Assembly (NCBI GenBank): GCA_964637295.1
Contig: CAZWWE010000003.1
Coordinates: forward strand, 37,565 to 101,564
Reading direction: 5' to 3'
DNA from: an uncultured Pseudomonadales bacterium
GTDB lineage: Bacteria > Patescibacteriota > Microgenomatia > UBA1400 > PJMF01
DNA: 64,000 bases
Of the stretch, positions 59,337-64,000 are shown piece after piece (the stretch's first letter is position 1; every line of letters starts with the position of its first letter). Both the position numbers and the translations under genes were made by a program. The notes beneath the pieces were generated by a model. That model ran no database searches and was not told the origin of the DNA. It worked only from the letters and a program-made list of their open reading frames with translations.

Positions 59337-60479
59337 TTATACCACTTTTGATCCCATTTTTCGAGGCAGTCGATAGCCTGGATTAAAACCAGGCGTTTCT
59401 ATTCTGGGCCTTTCCATTTTTCGTGGAGTCTTTTTATCAAGTCTTACCGCACCATAAGCAAAACGGGCTGGCCGAGCACTTTTGAACTTATTTGGCCACT
59501 TAACTTTTTTCTTGACCAGATTGGGATCATTAGTAATTTGTTCAAACAATTCTTTTTCTTGGTCAGATAGAACTCGATAATTGGCGGTCATTAATCTTTC
59601 TAAGATTTTAGTTTTTTCTTTTTCGTCCTTTAGCAATTTTTGATAAAACTTAGTGTCTTCAAAACTTAAAGCTGGAGTAGTTAAAACTTGCTCGATTCGC
59701 GCTTGCTCTTTTAGGCTGGCATCATATAGGTTCATATAGTAAAAAATTGGAAAAAGACTTGATTTATCTGGAGAAAAACCTTGCTCATCAAGCAAAATAG
59801 CGATGCTTGGCCAATTGAAACCATCATCTAAATCTGTTTCAATCCATTTTTTTTCTTGATCTGCATCCATATAAGCATGGGTGACTAGATTGCTGAAATA
59901 TTTAGCCTCAATCGCTTGCGGATCTCCACAAAGCTCTCCTGTACAGCGCCAGAAGCTACTGACTTTGCCCTCACTTTGACGATCGGCAAATTGTTGGTAG
60001 ACCATGATTTGCGCAGCAAGCTCTCTCATTTTATTTAGCTCATCGCTTTCTTTGTTGCCCAAAACGATGACTGTTTGGCACCAATCAGCGAACAATGATG
60101 ACCAGCAAATCGGTTTATAAGCTATTGAAGTCGGTAAGCTAGCATTTTGAGAGTTCCAAGCGATTATTTGCAAGTCTTCTTCAGTCACCGCCTCCAGAGT
60201 TCTTAAAATTTTTTGCTCAATCAATTTTTGGCTATCTGGATTAATTTGGGAATCATTTTTGACTCGCTGAATAATTGCTTTTAAATTCAATCGAATCTCT
60301 CTTGTTTCAAACTCGTCATAACAATGACCTTGTAATAGAGGATTTTCGAATTTTTGGCAACTGCTGGTTTTTTCAGCGTATTCTGCAATGAGGAATAATA
60401 TATAACAGGCCAACATCATTATAAAAATGCTAGTGGCTGTTTCTGTTGCTTTAATTTTTTCAGATTTAGACATGCTCAC
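59337..60479 (-). CDS. membrane-anchored hypothetical protein, paralog of 60553-61692 lacking the HExxH histidines
   Basis: Shared blocks such as AILLDE.G.SPDKS.LF.IF.YM.LY and E.EL..QI..DPNLV; RELAA in place of HELAH. Confidence 0.7.
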   Translation of the reverse strand: MSMSKSEKIKATETATSIFIMMLACYILFLIAEYAEKTSSCQKFENPLLQGHCYDEFETREIRLNLKAIIQRVKNDSQINPDSQKLIEQKILRTLEAVTEEDLQIIAWNSQNASLPTSIAYKPICWSSLFADWCQTVIVLGNKESDELNKMRELAAQIMVYQQFADRQSEGKVSSFWRCTGELCGDPQAIEAKYFSNLVTHAYMDADQEKKWIETDLDDGFNWPSIAILLDEQGFSPDKSSLFPIFYYMNLYDASLKEQARIEQVLTTPALSFEDTKFYQKLLKDEKEKTKILERLMTANYRVLSDQEKELFEQITNDPNLVKKKVKWPNKFKSARPARFAYGAVRLDKKTPRKMERPRIETPGFNPGYRLPRKMGSKVV

Positions 60480-60552
60480 CTTTGTTTTTTTGGTTTAAAT
60501 ATCAACTAAATGATGAGCAGGTTTTTTTGCTAGCTTTGGAATTATAGCACGC

Positions 60553-61692
60553 TTAATCAATTGTTTGATTGTTTGTTTCTAAACTGATTAGACGACTCGG
60601 ACTTTCAGGAGTAAGAGAAGTTGCCATTGGTTGATTTGATTCTGTGCCACTTATTTCATTGTCTAAAATAATTCTGTTGATAACTAAATTAGGATCAGTG
60701 ACAATTTGTTTGTAAAGTTCTTGTTCTTCTGGCGTTAATGTGGCGTAATTTTCTTCCATGAGTTCGACTAAAAGTCGCATATATCTTTCAATGTTTGGTA
60801 AATCTTGGCGATATAATTGCAAATCTTCTTCATTCATCGTTGCTTGACCTTTTGCTAGAATTTCTTCGGTTAAGCGATATTGCTCTGCACTTAAGTTATA
60901 CAAGCTCATATATTCAAAAATTGCAAAAAGTGCTGATTTATCAGGAGAAAGCCCTTTCTCGTCAAGCAAGATGGCAACATTGGGCAAATTAATGCCAATT
61001 TGTGTGTCCTCATTTGTCCAGGTATTTTTATCCTCCAGATCTCTAAAGGCGTACTGAACAAGATTTGACAAAAATTCTGGCATAATTTCTAACTCTAATT
61101 CACATTTCCCTCCACTAGGACAAACTATAAATTCATCAGCCTCGCCTGTTTCTTGCTTTTTAACTAACTGTTGATGGTGAGCTAGTTCGTGAACGAGAGA
61201 GGAGAAATAGTCGCCTGGCTTTTTTAAATCATCCATGTCGATAATGACGGTATGTTCACAATGTAAGCCCAAGCGTTTTTCTATAGCAGTACAATCGCCG
61301 AAAGAAATCATTGGGGTCACATCAGTTTTTGAAGCAGTCCAATCTACTATACGTAATTTATCTTGCGTGATTGCTTGTGCTGCAAGCTCTAGCACTTCAG
61401 TGATTTTTGCTTTGCTTGTCGGACTGATTTCCTGATGAAAATTTAAGCGATCTAGAATAATTTGAAAAATTTTATTCGGATCATCAACTTCTTCAAGACA
61501 ATGCTCTTGGAACAATAAATTTTTTGGAGCATCACAATCTCGATTTTCCTCAAGAATTTCTCCAATCCACCACAATAAAGCTAAGATAATAACAATCTTG
61601 ATGATGTTGCCAGTAACTTCAACTGTTTTTTTGATTTCCGCCATATTTGTCTTTCTAAACGAAGCTTTCGCATTTGCTTCGTTTTTTGACAA
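60553..61692 (-). CDS. membrane-anchored putative zinc metallopeptidase (HExxH)
   Basis: N-terminal TM, paired Cys, LVHELAHHQQ and a downstream ELE. TGTTATAAT lies 7 nt upstream of the TTG start. Confidence 0.7.
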   Translation of the reverse strand: MSKNEANAKASFRKTNMAEIKKTVEVTGNIIKIVIILALLWWIGEILEENRDCDAPKNLLFQEHCLEEVDDPNKIFQIILDRLNFHQEISPTSKAKITEVLELAAQAITQDKLRIVDWTASKTDVTPMISFGDCTAIEKRLGLHCEHTVIIDMDDLKKPGDYFSSLVHELAHHQQLVKKQETGEADEFIVCPSGGKCELELEIMPEFLSNLVQYAFRDLEDKNTWTNEDTQIGINLPNVAILLDEKGLSPDKSALFAIFEYMSLYNLSAEQYRLTEEILAKGQATMNEEDLQLYRQDLPNIERYMRLLVELMEENYATLTPEEQELYKQIVTDPNLVINRIILDNEISGTESNQPMATSLTPESPSRLISLETNNQTID

Positions 61693-61865
61693 GACGGGAA
61701 TTATAACACAATTTAGACAGATAGATAGATCTAAATTAAATAAAACAACAGTTAAAATTTTTGACCCTAGAGTCTACGGGAATTTTCAAGTGTGATGGTA
61801 CAAGTAAATGAAGTGATAGTTTTTTTAAAATGGATAATCAATTGAAATTCAAGTAAGATTAAATT

Positions 61866-63017
61866 ATGGAAAAAACTCCTCTTAACGAAGCCAAAGAAGT
61901 AATTGAAGAAATTGTTGAAGAAGTAAAACCAGAATCGAAAAAAAATTATAGTAAGTTGATTATTGGTTTATTGATAGCCATCGTGCTGATTTTAATTGCT
62001 TTGGTGTTTTTTTTGATAAAAAAATCTGGACTTTATATTCAAAATAATGTTATTAGTGAAGCTCCAGGGGTTGAGCAGGTTTTCGTTTCGCCAGTCGCAC
62101 CAACAGACACGAGCTCATGGGCTACTTATACAGACAAGGAAGCTGGTTTTTCCTTTAAATATCCTCCAGACAGAGTTTTGGTCAATTATTCTGAGACAGA
62201 TGAAGTGGATGGGCTTTTTTTATCGGTTGCAGCGGAAAAATTAGCTGATATTCCTGAAGATCTACCTTCATTTATGGGACGTAAAGACGCTTTATTAGAA
62301 AAAGAATTGCTAGACAATGGAAAAGCAGTCGGCGCGGTCAAGATCGGTTCATTGAGTGGAAATGTTTCTTCAGAATATTCTAGGTTTGAAGTGTGTAGTG
62401 TATTTTTTGCCAGAAAATTAAAATTTTACCCAGGCGAGTATCGCGTGATGCTGATTTTAACTGCTCCTAAAGAAAGAGTTGTAGATGAAATGCCAGAGTT
62501 TTTCCAAATTGATGAGGCTAATTGTGGTTCGCAAAAAATGTGGAAACTTGATCAGAGGGAAAATTTTGATGATCTGTTACAAAAAAATCAAGGACAAGGC
62601 ATTGCGCAGGAATGGTACAACACCTTTAATGACATAGTTAAAACTATTGAGTTATTTGAGCCAGCTAAAGCTGTTCCAAGCTCAACCCCGACTCAAGCAT
62701 TAAATGATGTTTTAACCTACACAAATGATCTGTATAAATTCAAATTGAATTATGAGACTCCCTATCGTGTTTTAACAAGCAAGGATGATTTATATGGTCA
62801 TCCAAACGGAATAGCTCTGATTTACGCAGGTGGGCAGGCTTACGACATTGTTATCGAGGTCTGGAATAGTAAGGCAGCTTATGAAAAAGAATATACCGGA
62901 AGACTCTCTGATCTAAAAGTAGTTGAAAGTGCTGGTAAATTTATTACTTTTTTAAATAATACATCTTCAGCAGAAAATCAGAAAATTATTGATTCAGTAA
63001 AAATGATAGCTGAGTAA
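61866..63017 (+). CDS. membrane-anchored protein with two PsbP-like repeats
   Basis: Single TM, then WATYTDKEAGFSFKYP...FNDIVKTIEL and LTYTNDLYKFKLNY...QKIIDSVKM, separated by a PTP linker. Confidence 0.7.
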   Translation: MEKTPLNEAKEVIEEIVEEVKPESKKNYSKLIIGLLIAIVLILIALVFFLIKKSGLYIQNNVISEAPGVEQVFVSPVAPTDTSSWATYTDKEAGFSFKYPPDRVLVNYSETDEVDGLFLSVAAEKLADIPEDLPSFMGRKDALLEKELLDNGKAVGAVKIGSLSGNVSSEYSRFEVCSVFFARKLKFYPGEYRVMLILTAPKERVVDEMPEFFQIDEANCGSQKMWKLDQRENFDDLLQKNQGQGIAQEWYNTFNDIVKTIELFEPAKAVPSSTPTQALNDVLTYTNDLYKFKLNYETPYRVLTSKDDLYGHPNGIALIYAGGQAYDIVIEVWNSKAAYEKEYTGRLSDLKVVESAGKFITFLNNTSSAENQKIIDSVKMIAE

Positions 63018-63032
63018 ATATACAGGTGAAAA

Positions 63033-63827
63033 ATGAAATCTAGTTTTCAAGCTAATTTTTCTTTAGTGAAGTTTTTATTAATTGTGATCTTTTTTTCATG
63101 GCCATTTCAGATCGCCTATCCTTTTTTAGGTGAGTCATATCGTTATTTATTATTGATATCGATGACCATGGTGGCGGTGGCCACCTACATATCTGGTAAA
63201 TTTGTTTTTAGGGATGGTTTTCAGGGTGCTGGATGGCAATTGGGAAAGCCCAAGCATTATTTATTATCATTGCTTTTAGCCTTGTTTTTGTGGCTTTTTC
63301 CAAGCATTATTGAGAGAGGTTTGGGAATACATCAACCTATTCGGGAATGGTCAACTAGTGAGTTCATTTTAACTTTTTTGCAAAGTTTTTTGATTACTTT
63401 AATCCCGGCTTTTAGCGAAGAATTTGCTTGGCGAGGCTATCTTTTACCTAGACTATTTGATCGCTATAGCAAGCGTCGAGCTCTATTGCTTCACGGATTG
63501 CTTACATGGACTTGGCACTTACCCGTACTTATTTTTATGGGTTGGCAAATGAACAATAGTTCGCCCGCGATTTCCGTTCTTGTCGTATTACTTGTCAGCC
63601 TCATACCAACAATTTTTCATGCCATCGTATTCGCATATATTTGGCATGCTTCAAACAGTTTGCTAGTATCCACTGTTTATCATTCTAGTTTTGATGAGGT
63701 AAGAGACAGCTTGGAAAATTCAATAGGACTTGGAGCGTTGGGGCAAAATTGGCAAATGCTAGTTTTGGTTATTTTAGGAGCTTTTATACTTTGGAAAGCT
63801 CAATGGAAAAAAGAAGAATGTATTTAA
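63033..63827 (+). CDS. CPBP (CAAX protease/Abi) family intramembrane metalloprotease
   Basis: SEEFAWRGYL, WTWHLP, YH...D motifs. Confidence 0.92.
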   Translation: MKSSFQANFSLVKFLLIVIFFSWPFQIAYPFLGESYRYLLLISMTMVAVATYISGKFVFRDGFQGAGWQLGKPKHYLLSLLLALFLWLFPSIIERGLGIHQPIREWSTSEFILTFLQSFLITLIPAFSEEFAWRGYLLPRLFDRYSKRRALLLHGLLTWTWHLPVLIFMGWQMNNSSPAISVLVVLLVSLIPTIFHAIVFAYIWHASNSLLVSTVYHSSFDEVRDSLENSIGLGALGQNWQMLVLVILGAFILWKAQWKKEECI

Positions 63828-64000
63828 ATGACAAAGATTACGCTTCTCTTAAAATCATTAAAGTCACTCATACAGTCATCTGGCTTGTGATGTTTTAATT
63901 TGTTTGTTATTATTTTTGAAAAATATTATTCTTCTGTTAGCTTCAAACAATGATTTGCATTATCTATATTAGATTGCAATGAATCAAACATGCTAACCTG

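Overview
64-kb window of a low-GC bacterial chromosome. Gene content and architecture point to Patescibacteria/CPR, probably Microgenomates (inference): a stand-alone intron-containing 16S gene, a minimal trigger factor, PEGA/SIMPL/DUF5660-like proteins and GT-C glycosyltransferases. Most housekeeping genes lie on the minus strand: infC-rpmI-rplT-pheS-pheT, tig, gap, pyrH, a FemABX-type transferase, pcrA/uvrD, lon and uvrB-uvrA-uvrC. Also present are tpiA, pyk, a 2-oxoacid oxidoreductase with a divergent flavodoxin, four tRNAs (Val-GAC, Ile-GAT, Arg-TCT, His-GTG) and a 16S rRNA gene with no adjacent 23S, split by a 909-nt group II-like intron encoding a LAGLIDADG endonuclease. Best candidates for undescribed biology: (1) a putative peptide-tag writer/eraser locus (7TM protein, RimK-like ATP-grasp ligase, MATCAP/DUF1704 carboxypeptidase, a convergent second ATP-grasp ligase and a nearby transglutaminase); (2) a WxL/DUF916-like surface-fibre cluster; (3) two ~165-bp hairpins with unrelated stems but a shared 28-nt apex upstream of the 16S gene; (4) a long dual-coding overlap between the transglutaminase and uvrC; (5) an apparently circularly permuted HAD protein; (6) a pheM-like attenuator; (7) many near-leaderless promoters. 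All family calls come from motif recognition by eye; no database searches were run.
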